DNA of 54,565 nucleotides, taken from positions 1 through 54,565 of the IMG/VR virus record IMGVR_UViG_3300001844_000164; one strand, 5' to 3'. Position 1 is the first letter of the stretch, and every line of letters begins with the position of its first letter. Positions 18,325-26,995 of the stretch are shown in pieces. The notes beneath the pieces are model-generated. The model saw nothing but the letters and a program-made list of their open reading frames with translations. It had not been told where the DNA came from and did no database searches. Source of the DNA: a virus. Taxonomy: Duplodnaviria; Caudoviricetes. The position numbers were made by a program, and so were the translations under genes.

Positions 18325-18461
18325 CTCGGCTACGACGATCTGTAGCTGCACCCCGGGCCTGGCAAACCGGCGGATCGGAAAGCTCACAAGGGCGGCTGGC
18401 GACCGCTGGGAAACGCGCAAGCGCGACCCGGACAGACACCTAACCTTAATCCTTTCCGACA

Positions 18462-19667
18462 ATGGCTGACATCAACAACTACTTCGTCGAGCGCCGGAAT
18501 CAGTTCCACAAGACTGTTTACCAGAAGCTCTGGCGTTCCAATCCATTCCGCACTCTGGTTCCCATGAGTGCTTTCGACCTCTCTGAAGGTCGCACGCCCA
18601 CCGTCCGGACGCTCACCCATGAGCTGCCGACCGCCTACCCGACCGCGATGTCGGAGGTGACTCTTTCCGACGGTGTGGGCAACACCGAGTGCGCTCCGAT
18701 CGCCACGACCATCAAGCGCGGCGAGATTCAGCGCACCTTCAAGCTCTTCCAGACGAGCTTCAACACCGACGTGGTGTGCTTGAGCGACCTCAAGCGCGCC
18801 GTGGACGCCGCCCAGACCGTCGCCGGTTTCGAGCGCGCCCTCTCGGAGTACATCAACGTCTGGTGGGGTGACTGGTATCGCATCCAGAACATCGCCCAGG
18901 TGAACAACAAGGCGGTGACCCGCACCAGCGGCTCGCTCATCGTCGCTGAATCCACCGCCGCGGACTTCACCGGCATCGGCGCTTCCCTGCCGAACGACTA
19001 CCTCGGCTGGGACCACCTCAAGCAGATCTACTGGCAGCTCTGCCGCAACGGCCTCGCCGACGAACTCGCCGTCGGCCGTGACGGCAAGGGTCGCCCGGTG
19101 ATTCCGCTGCACGCCGGCCCTGGCACCATCGCCCGCCTGTTCACCGACAGCACCATCAAGGACTCGGTCAAGTACTTCGAGCCCGCGAAGAACCTGGAGC
19201 TGCTCGGCTACGATGGCGCGGTGAACGGCTTCCTGCCGGTCGTCGACCTGTTCCCGATCCGCTTTGGTAAGTCGGGTGGCATCGCTTCGGCCGCGGATCT
19301 CACGCTGGCCAACTCGATCTACCCGACCTCCAACACGGCGGCGACGGTCGGCCGCAAGTACATCGCCAACGCCGCTTACAACCTCAACGGTGTGAACGGT
19401 GGCCTGGCCGAGTACGAAGTCGCTACCATCCTCGGCCGCCAGGTCTGGGAGGCGAAGTTCGAGACCACGGACCCGACGCAGTTCAGCGGCATGAGCTTCC
19501 AGCCGTTCAACTACATCGGCGAGTTCAACTGGATCAACCAGCGCACCTTCCAGGGTGACAACGACCGCGGCAACCTCGGCTACTACCTGGCCGACATCCG
19601 CTGCGGTGCGAAGCCGATCTTCCCCGAGCTCGGCTACAGCATCCTGACCAAGGCGTCCGCTGACTGA
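18462..19667 (+). CDS. Major capsid protein
   Basis: 401 aa after the scaffold, strongly biased codons, own promoter motif and downstream terminator. Confidence 0.8.
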   Translation: MADINNYFVERRNQFHKTVYQKLWRSNPFRTLVPMSAFDLSEGRTPTVRTLTHELPTAYPTAMSEVTLSDGVGNTECAPIATTIKRGEIQRTFKLFQTSFNTDVVCLSDLKRAVDAAQTVAGFERALSEYINVWWGDWYRIQNIAQVNNKAVTRTSGSLIVAESTAADFTGIGASLPNDYLGWDHLKQIYWQLCRNGLADELAVGRDGKGRPVIPLHAGPGTIARLFTDSTIKDSVKYFEPAKNLELLGYDGAVNGFLPVVDLFPIRFGKSGGIASAADLTLANSIYPTSNTAATVGRKYIANAAYNLNGVNGGLAEYEVATILGRQVWEAKFETTDPTQFSGMSFQPFNYIGEFNWINQRTFQGDNDRGNLGYYLADIRCGAKPIFPELGYSILTKASAD

Positions 19668-19680
19668 TAGGTTTCCATGT

Positions 19681-19717
19681 AGCGGAGCCCTGGTTCGCCG
19701 GGGCTCCGCTTCTTTTT
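19681..19717 (+). terminator. Intrinsic terminator
   Basis: 13-bp stem agcggagccctgg, TTCG loop, ccggggctccgct, then tcttttt. Confidence 0.9.
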
Positions 19718-19726
19718 AGCACGACA

Positions 19727-19882
19727 ATGGAAGTACACAAAACCGCGGTGACCGGAGTCGGCGGCCTCCTCGCCATGCTCACCATCGAGCAGCTCAACGT
19801 GTATCTTGGGACGCTGATCGCGCTCCTGACCATCGCTCACCTCATTATCCTGATCGTGAAGTCGCTCCGCAAAAAGCGTTGA
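19727..19882 (+). CDS. Small membrane protein, holin-like (51 aa, not in ORF track)
   Basis: MEVHKTAVTGVGGLLAMLTIEQLNVYLGTLIALLTIAHLIILIVKSLRKKR: two hydrophobic segments and a basic tail. Confidence 0.65.
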   Translation: MEVHKTAVTGVGGLLAMLTIEQLNVYLGTLIALLTIAHLIILIVKSLRKKR

Positions 19883-19898
19883 GCGCAGTCTCCGTCAC

Positions 19899-21350
19899 AT
19901 GAACGAACTCCCGCTCGGCTCCCTCCCTCGGATTTCCAGCATCCCCGGGCCTCGAGGCCCCAAGGGCGACCCGGGAGAACCTGGGACCAACGGGACCAAC
20001 GGAGTCTCCCCTTTCACCACGACCACGTCGCCGTTCGTGATGCCCGCCTCCGGCGGGTCCGTCACGGTGACGGTCGCAAACACCGCCTGGGTCGCGGTAG
20101 GCCAGCCAGTCTACATCGAGGGCGCCGGCCACTTTTCTGTCGCCACCATCCTTTCCGGAACTTCCTTTTCGCTCACCGCCCAGGCTTCTGCCGGCAACGT
20201 CTCCGCCGGCACCGTGGTCGCGTCCGGCAAGAAGGTTTCCGTCGGCGCGGTGATGGTGCAGGACACCAGCATCACCAACGGGCTCAACTCCCGCATCACC
20301 GCTCTCGAATCGGCTCCCGGCGGAAACCGCAACTGGTATTCCACCTCGGCGCCCTCCGCGGTCACCAACACCCTCCGCGTCGGCGACATCTGGTTCGATA
20401 CCGACGACGGCTACAAGATGTATCGATGGGACGGGACGCAATGGCAGGTCGCGCAGCGCGAACTCGCGCTCTCTGACTTCGGCACCGGCATCCGCCCGAT
20501 CGTCAAGGTCAACAGCCTCCCGACCAGCGGCTACTCCGACGGCGACTTCGTTTGGCTCCAGACCGACGGGAAACTCTACCGCCGGGTCGGCGGTTCGTGG
20601 ACCAAGGCGATCGCCTCGGGCGACCTGGTCGGCCAGATTGACGGCCAGACCATGATCGTCGACGGCACGATCATCGCCCAGAAGCTGGGCGTCAACTCCG
20701 TCACCGCGGACAAGGTCGGCACCAACCAGATCATCACCAACTCCGCGAACATCGCGGACGGAACGATCACCAACGCGCACATCTCAACGCTGGACGCCGG
20801 CAAAATCACCGCGGGCGACATCGCGTCGGTGAATCTTGGATACGCGGGCGCGCTGTTTCATCCGCTGTACCACAAGACGGCGGCGGTTTCGTTGCAGTCG
20901 CGCCTTTTCCGGGCGACTGAATTCGGCACCAGCTTCGCCGACAACTTCATTTTCACCGCCGGCAGTTCGTTCTCCTTTTCGCAGCCGACGCCGGTCACCG
21001 CCTACGGTCCCGGGCATGTCTCTTGGCGCTCGGGCAACGCGCCCGCGTTCTGCCCGGACAGCGGTAACAACCTGCTGGTGCAGCTCCAGGGCCGCCTCAT
21101 CGGCTACCAGGGGCCGATACTCCTCTACTGCAAGGTCAACGGCGGCGCCGCGCAGCCGCTCGCCTCCGCGTATTCCGAGGCCGGCGGCACTTCGTACCAG
21201 CGCGCCGTGATCGACTCGACCCGCAAGCTCGCCGGGGTTTCTCCGACGTCGATGATCCAGTTCTATGTCGCTCCGGCCGACGCCAACGGGGCGGTGGCGG
21301 CGAACGTCACTTGCCGCTACGAATTGGACGTCACGTTCTTCAACTGGTAA
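19899..21350 (+). CDS. Tail fibre protein
   Basis: Short collagen GPRGPKGDPGEPG, GDIWFDTDDG..YRWDG and DGKLYR beta motifs, I/VTADK-type beta-helix repeats. Confidence 0.75.
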   Translation: MNELPLGSLPRISSIPGPRGPKGDPGEPGTNGTNGVSPFTTTTSPFVMPASGGSVTVTVANTAWVAVGQPVYIEGAGHFSVATILSGTSFSLTAQASAGNVSAGTVVASGKKVSVGAVMVQDTSITNGLNSRITALESAPGGNRNWYSTSAPSAVTNTLRVGDIWFDTDDGYKMYRWDGTQWQVAQRELALSDFGTGIRPIVKVNSLPTSGYSDGDFVWLQTDGKLYRRVGGSWTKAIASGDLVGQIDGQTMIVDGTIIAQKLGVNSVTADKVGTNQIITNSANIADGTITNAHISTLDAGKITAGDIASVNLGYAGALFHPLYHKTAAVSLQSRLFRATEFGTSFADNFIFTAGSSFSFSQPTPVTAYGPGHVSWRSGNAPAFCPDSGNNLLVQLQGRLIGYQGPILLYCKVNGGAAQPLASAYSEAGGTSYQRAVIDSTRKLAGVSPTSMIQFYVAPADANGAVAANVTCRYELDVTFFNW

Positions 21351-21356
21351 CCGCCC

Positions 21357-22280
21357 ATGATCAAGCGCACCTACGGCGACGTGAAGGAAGAGCTGCGCCG
21401 GGTTGCCGGGCAGACCGGGCTTGTCGTCGACGACGCCCGGCTCAAGGTCGCGGTCAACCTGGCCCAGGAGCGCCTCTGCACGATGGGCGAGTGGCCTTTC
21501 CAGTACGCCCGCTTGAAATTCCGCCAGTACGGCGGGGTGGTTGCGCTTCCGACTCAATACGAGGCGATCGTTCACACGGCGATTGACCGCCAGCCGGTTG
21601 AAATCCAACCACCGTGGTTCGAGTTCCTCGAGTACGGCCCCGGACCGTACATCAAAAACGAGTGGTGTCAGTACGGGCTCGATATGGGCGAGCACCCGAC
21701 CTACGTCGGCCCCGGCGGCGCGGCGGTCAAGATTGCGTCCACCAACGGCGCCGACAACGGGAGCGTCGTCGTCCACGGTTTTGACGTCAACGGACTCTCT
21801 CAAACCGTTTCCTACGCTCTCCCCGAGGCCACGGCGACCGCCGAGTGGTCGCGAATCACCCGGGTGATTAAGCCCGAGACGGCCGGCGATGTGGTGCTCA
21901 CGTTCGTTGACCGATTCGGAAACGAGACGGTCGGGGCCGACTACCGCCCGCGTGACCGCAACCCGAGCTTCCGGCTCTACCGCTTTACCGAAATCGCCGA
22001 CGACAAGACCAAGATGGTGGACGCTATCGTGCGTCGCCGTCTGTTTGAAATCGAGCAGGACACCGACGAGCTGTACGTCACCAACCTAAACGCGCTGCGG
22101 CTCGGGGTGAAGGCGGTCGCATTCCTCGACAAGGGCGACCTCCAAGCGAGCGAGGCGGCCTACCAGACTGCCGCTCAAATTCTCAAGGACGAGGCAGGAC
22201 TCTATCGCGCTCGCCGCAATCCGGCTCCCGTCAATGTGACCCGCGTCGCATCGATGAGCGAACGCAACGACATCTACTGA
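21357..22280 (+). CDS. Probable head-tail adaptor (tail tubular protein A-like)
   Basis: Position and size; N-terminal TYGDVKEEL...VNLAQERL helix pattern. Confidence 0.6.
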   Translation: MIKRTYGDVKEELRRVAGQTGLVVDDARLKVAVNLAQERLCTMGEWPFQYARLKFRQYGGVVALPTQYEAIVHTAIDRQPVEIQPPWFEFLEYGPGPYIKNEWCQYGLDMGEHPTYVGPGGAAVKIASTNGADNGSVVVHGFDVNGLSQTVSYALPEATATAEWSRITRVIKPETAGDVVLTFVDRFGNETVGADYRPRDRNPSFRLYRFTEIADDKTKMVDAIVRRRLFEIEQDTDELYVTNLNALRLGVKAVAFLDKGDLQASEAAYQTAAQILKDEAGLYRARRNPAPVNVTRVASMSERNDIY

Positions 22281-23998
22281 TGCCGACGACTGACGGATGG
22301 CTCGCAGACACCCAGGCCACGGTCGTCGACGGGATGAACCGCGGCCGGGAGCCCGAGCTGCTCGGTGAGCAGCAAGTACACTTCCTTCGCAACGTCTCGA
22401 CGCGCGGCGGCCGGGTGAGGTCCCGCCCGCGCTTCGTCAAGCGGGCCACGTTGCCGGTCGGTCTCATGCAGGGGGCCTCGGTCTTCTCCGGCACGTCCGA
22501 AATCCTAGTCTCGTTGAGCGGCAAGGTCTACGCGGTGAACCCCCGGACCTGGGTGGCGACCGAAAAGACGACCACGACCACGCGCAACTCATCGAAGATG
22601 CCGCGGGTGTGGTTCTGCGAGACCGCCGGCTCGATCGTCATGCAGGACGGTCAGTCCCGCCCGTTCGTTTACGACGGCGCCGAGTTCCGCCGGGCGACGG
22701 GCGATGAGGTCCCGGTCGGCCGGGCGATGGCTTACGGCAACGGCCGGCTGGCCGTGGTGGTGAACTCCGGCAGCGATGTGAGGCTGGGCGACATCCGCCA
22801 GCCGGAGCATCAATCCGAACTCAAGTTCACCGAAACCTACAGCCTCTCCGGCGGCGGAGATTTCTCTTTCCCCTCTCCCGTCCGCTCCCTCGCGGTTCTC
22901 CCGGTGGTCGACACCGGCAGCGGCCAGGGCGCCCTGGTTGTGGGCTGCGAAACCTCGGTCTACACGCTCAAGACCCAGATCACCCAGCGCGACCTTTGGG
23001 GCGAGGTCGGGTTCCAGACCGTGCTTTTGCCCACCCGGGGCATCGCCGGCGCGAACGCCGTCGTCGCGGTCAACCAGGACCTGTACTTTCGCAGCGGTGA
23101 CGGGCTGCGATCTGTCCGCACCTCCACCGCAGACTACGACGCGCCGGGACTCGCGCCGCTGTCGGTGGAGGTGCGGCACCGCTTCGACTACGACGCGCCT
23201 TTCCTGCTCCAGGACGCGAGCGTCGCCTACTTCGACAATCGGCTGCTCTGCACCCACAGCCCGTTCATTTACGGGCCGCGGTCGCTCGCCCAGGGACTGA
23301 TCTCGCTCAACTACGACGCCTTGTCCGGCCGCGGCCAGAAGTCGGCTCCGGTTTACGACGGCGAGTGGGACGGCGTGATCGCGGCCCAAGTATTCACGGG
23401 TCGCGTGCTTGGCGTCGAACGCTGCTTCATCCTCGGCCGAGACAGCGCCGGCGTGAACGCGCTCTACGAGATCCTGCCGGAAAACGCGGTCCAGTCCGGT
23501 GACGAGCCGGGCCAGGCGATCGAGACGCGGGTGCTTTTTGGCGACTCGCCGGGAGTCCTCAAGAACCTCCGCCGCTGCGACGTTCAATTTTCCGACATCC
23601 GCGGCGGCCTGGTTGTCCGGGTCTACTTCCGCCCGGTGAAGTACCCGTACTGGGTGAAGTGGGATGAGTTCACCGTCGATGCCCCGCCGGCGCAGCCCTG
23701 GGGCCGCGTGGTCGCGCAGCACCGCAGCCTCCTGTCCACCCGGACGCCCGTTGAGCACGTCGACCCGACCACGGGCCGGCTGATTTCCTGCGCCACCGGG
23801 TTCCAGGTGCGGATCGAGTGGGATGGGTTCGCCAGGCTCGACTACCTCCAGCTCTTCCAGGAGCGCCTCGCCTCCTCGCCCTACGCCGACAACCAGGCGT
23901 CCAACGCCCAAACGGACGTGGTCACCGTGCCCTCCTGGGCCGTTTCCCCGTCGTTTTGGTACACCCACCCCGTCTCGCCCTTGGCGGGTATCCAGTAA
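22280..23998 (+). CDS. Probable tail nozzle (tail tubular protein B / P22 gp10-like)
   Basis: 572-aa beta-propeller-like sequence (LRNV.TRGG...RP, DLYFRS.DG.RS) following the adaptor. Confidence 0.7.
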   Translation: MPTTDGWLADTQATVVDGMNRGREPELLGEQQVHFLRNVSTRGGRVRSRPRFVKRATLPVGLMQGASVFSGTSEILVSLSGKVYAVNPRTWVATEKTTTTTRNSSKMPRVWFCETAGSIVMQDGQSRPFVYDGAEFRRATGDEVPVGRAMAYGNGRLAVVVNSGSDVRLGDIRQPEHQSELKFTETYSLSGGGDFSFPSPVRSLAVLPVVDTGSGQGALVVGCETSVYTLKTQITQRDLWGEVGFQTVLLPTRGIAGANAVVAVNQDLYFRSGDGLRSVRTSTADYDAPGLAPLSVEVRHRFDYDAPFLLQDASVAYFDNRLLCTHSPFIYGPRSLAQGLISLNYDALSGRGQKSAPVYDGEWDGVIAAQVFTGRVLGVERCFILGRDSAGVNALYEILPENAVQSGDEPGQAIETRVLFGDSPGVLKNLRRCDVQFSDIRGGLVVRVYFRPVKYPYWVKWDEFTVDAPPAQPWGRVVAQHRSLLSTRTPVEHVDPTTGRLISCATGFQVRIEWDGFARLDYLQLFQERLASSPYADNQASNAQTDVVTVPSWAVSPSFWYTHPVSPLAGIQ

Positions 23999-24015
23999 TC
24001 GTCTACACCTTTCCC

Positions 24016-24855
24016 ATGCCGAACCTCGCGATCCAGCCCGCCAACGCCCCGGTCGACGCGCCGTTTCCTCCGGTGTCCGCCCAGGCGATGCTCAATTTCG
24101 TCGCGGCCTACCTCCAGATTTCCGGCCTCGAGAACCTCCAGGGCATCATCAAGTCGTCCACCGCGCCGGCGGTCGACGACCAGGACAAAGCGTGGCTGCG
24201 GCTCGATCCCAGCACCAACCGCCCGCTCGGCATTTACGCCTACACCGGCGAGTGGACCCCGATTCCGCTGGTCGTGCAGTCGGGCGAGACGACGCCGTCA
24301 GGCCCCAAAAAGGGTGAGCTGTTCTTCAACTCGCAGCTCGGTCTCCTGGTCTATGACGGGTCGCAATGGACCTCGAACCTGTTCCCGACCGGAACCACGG
24401 CGAACCGGCCCAAGGACGTTCCGATCAACCACCTCTACTTCGACACCGACATCTCGAGGCTCCTGCGCTACACCACGCTGGGCTGGACGACGTTCGACGG
24501 CGCCGTCGGTGACCTCAAGATGGTCGACGCCGCGGACGAGGATGAGGCGCTGACGAAGAACCCCGGCTGGGTCGTCTACTCCGCGATGCAGGGCCGTTTC
24601 CCGATCGGCGCATCCGACACCTACGGTGCCGGCTCGATCGGCGGCTCCGGCACCGTTTCCTGGAGCGCCAAGGGACGCAGCGCCGCCGGCGGCAGCCGTG
24701 AGGCGAGCGCGAGCTTCATCAACACGCTTTCGATCGACGGCTCCGACGTCACCGCGGACATGCGAAAGATGGATGCCACGACCGACGTCGGGAGCGGTTC
24801 GTTCAAGACCGTGCCGCCCTACCGGGCGGTGATCTTCCTCCGAAAGGACTTCTAA
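24016..24855 (+). CDS. Tail fibre/collar-domain protein
   Basis: GELFFN...VYDG.QW, LYFDTD motifs; C-terminal GW...GRFPIG...PPYRAVIFLRK collar-like motif. Confidence 0.65.
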   Translation: MPNLAIQPANAPVDAPFPPVSAQAMLNFVAAYLQISGLENLQGIIKSSTAPAVDDQDKAWLRLDPSTNRPLGIYAYTGEWTPIPLVVQSGETTPSGPKKGELFFNSQLGLLVYDGSQWTSNLFPTGTTANRPKDVPINHLYFDTDISRLLRYTTLGWTTFDGAVGDLKMVDAADEDEALTKNPGWVVYSAMQGRFPIGASDTYGAGSIGGSGTVSWSAKGRSAAGGSREASASFINTLSIDGSDVTADMRKMDATTDVGSGSFKTVPPYRAVIFLRKDF

Positions 24856-24857
24856 AG

Positions 24858-25604
24858 ATGGACCCCTTCACAATCGCGTTGATGGCCCAGGCCGGGGGAC
24901 AAATCCTCGGCAGCGTGCTCGGCAAACAGAAGGCTCCGCAGCAAGCGAGCTACACGCCCGTCGACCCTGCCGCGGTCCAGAAACAGGCGATTTCCGGCAA
25001 CCTCCAGAACATGGCCGGCGCCCAGGAGCTGGCGTCGAAGACGAATGCGTTCAACCAGGGCCAGGCCACCAGCCTCCTGGAATCCGCGATGCCGGGCTTC
25101 GGCGCCATGCAGAAGCGCCTCATGGCGCAGGTGAACGAGGATCTCAACTCGCAGGACAAGCTGCCGGCCGACGTCCAGTCGCAGATTGCCCGCTACGCGG
25201 CCGAGAAGGGGGTCACCCGGGGCACCGCCGGCAACTTCAACGGCTTTTCCCTGGTCAAGGATTTCGGGTTCAATCTCATGGACTGGAAGAACGCCTCGCG
25301 CACGCGGGCGCTCAACACCCTCTCGACGGTTTTCGGAATGACGCCTAGGGTGAACCCCATGTCCCCAATGGCCATGATGGTCGACCCGAACGCCGCGATC
25401 GGCGTTCAGAGCCAGAACAACCAGATGGCGTACAATTCGGCCCAGGCTGGGTTCAACGCGCAAGCCGCGGCTCAAAACTACAACCGCATGCTGCTCGCCA
25501 GCTCCGTCAGCAACATGGCCAACGCAGCCGCGATGCCGAGCATGATGGAGGGATACCAGAAGATGGGCCTCTTCAACAAGCCGAACCCCTCGGGAGGTAA
25601 GTAA
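24858..25604 (+). CDS. Putative ejection (internal virion) protein 1
   Basis: MDPFTIALMA..GG..LG N-terminus, Gln/Ala/Met-rich, first of three genes of increasing size. Confidence 0.6.
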   Translation: MDPFTIALMAQAGGQILGSVLGKQKAPQQASYTPVDPAAVQKQAISGNLQNMAGAQELASKTNAFNQGQATSLLESAMPGFGAMQKRLMAQVNEDLNSQDKLPADVQSQIARYAAEKGVTRGTAGNFNGFSLVKDFGFNLMDWKNASRTRALNTLSTVFGMTPRVNPMSPMAMMVDPNAAIGVQSQNNQMAYNSAQAGFNAQAAAQNYNRMLLASSVSNMANAAAMPSMMEGYQKMGLFNKPNPSGGK

Positions 25605-25606
25605 AC

Positions 25607-26995
25607 ATGCCCTTCGCCGAATTCTCCCCGGGCAACGCCGGATTGGCGCTGCCGCAGCAATCGTTCCAGAACGGCCTCGCCGCGATGCAAGCGGCCGGGA
25701 CGATGGCGGAGCACCGTGTGTCGCTCATGGAGCGGGCGCAGCGGATGGCGCAGGACAAGGAGAAGTTTGAGATGGAGAAGCAGCGGTTCGCTGACCTCCG
25801 CGTGCTCGACGTGATGAACATCGCGAAGAGCACCATCGAGCTCACGCGGCTGAACAATTCGTTGCAGCTCGACGACGAAAAGCTGCAAGCTGAAAAGGCG
25901 GCCACGGAGGCCCAGCTCCGGCAGTCGCGCAATCAGATCGCGGAGGACAAAGCGGCCGAGCAGTTGCTCGCCGACATGCCCCAGGCGCTCGCGTCGTGGA
26001 AGGACATCAAGGAAGACGACTACCAGGGACTGATGAAGGCCCAGGCCCGATTCAACCAAAGTTACGGCGCTCTATCGCTGAATCCGAAATATGCCGCGCG
26101 CGTCGCGCAGGTGGCCGGTCACCACATCGACACGCTGAATGCCCGCATCAACAGCGCGCTGAACCTGTCTGAAAACAGCGCGCTGGAGATCCGCACGCGC
26201 CTCGAGGACACGCTGCTGATGCCGGAGGCCACGCCGCAGGACCAGCAGCAGAAGACGAAGCTGCTGTCCGAGCTCCTCCGCTCTCCCGACGCTCGCCGCG
26301 CCCGCCTTTCGCCTGGTGAGCAGGGTAAGGCGCTCAACGCCGCCGTGCAGGGTGCGATGAAGACCATGATGGAGCGCCAGGCCGAGCTGGCCAAGATCAA
26401 CGCGACGGGCGATCAGAACCGCCAGACGGCCGCGGCCAAGGCGGAGACCGACAAGAAGGAGGCGCCGCAGTACCTCGTCGAGAAGTCGATGAAGATCGAC
26501 CAGACCGAGAAGGATCTCGCCGACCTTGAGCAGATGGCGAACAAGCAGGTCACCGGGCCGATCGTCGGATTCCTCCGCGGGCTCAACCCGTATGACACCG
26601 ACGCCAAGACGTTCGAGGCCAAGCTGCGCGCCGCCGTTCCGAACCTGGCCCGCGGCATCTTCTCTGAAGTCGGCGTTCTGACGGACACCGACATCAAGAA
26701 CTACATGCTGACGCTGCCGAACGTCAAAACACCGGAGGATCAGGTCAAAGCTCTGGTGCAGATGCTGCGCGGTACTCTTGAGCGCCAGCGGGAAACGCTG
26801 GGAGGCGTCGTCCAGGGGCAAGGTTACAAGACCGGCGGGTTGACGCTGAAAGGCGGCAAGGAAAGCGGCATGACCGACGGCCAGGAACTCACTCTGCCGT
26901 ACAACGGCTCCAACATCACCGGGACGGTCATCACGATGAACGGAAAGAAAGCTCTGCGTACTGCTGACGGCAAAGTCTACCCGATCAACCAATGA
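25607..26995 (+). CDS. Putative ejection protein 2
   Basis: Helical 462-aa protein with GVLTDTDI-type motif seen in ejection proteins; position. Confidence 0.6.
   Translation: MPFAEFSPGNAGLALPQQSFQNGLAAMQAAGTMAEHRVSLMERAQRMAQDKEKFEMEKQRFADLRVLDVMNIAKSTIELTRLNNSLQLDDEKLQAEKAATEAQLRQSRNQIAEDKAAEQLLADMPQALASWKDIKEDDYQGLMKAQARFNQSYGALSLNPKYAARVAQVAGHHIDTLNARINSALNLSENSALEIRTRLEDTLLMPEATPQDQQQKTKLLSELLRSPDARRARLSPGEQGKALNAAVQGAMKTMMERQAELAKINATGDQNRQTAAAKAETDKKEAPQYLVEKSMKIDQTEKDLADLEQMANKQVTGPIVGFLRGLNPYDTDAKTFEAKLRAAVPNLARGIFSEVGVLTDTDIKNYMLTLPNVKTPEDQVKALVQMLRGTLERQRETLGGVVQGQGYKTGGLTLKGGKESGMTDGQELTLPYNGSNITGTVITMNGKKALRTADGKVYPINQ

Noticed and set aside
18360-18450. c-di-GMP-I riboswitch (GGCAAACC...GAAA...CGCAA)
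   Set aside because: Only fragments match; spacing and the second stem do not fit. Kept only as a generic structured leader
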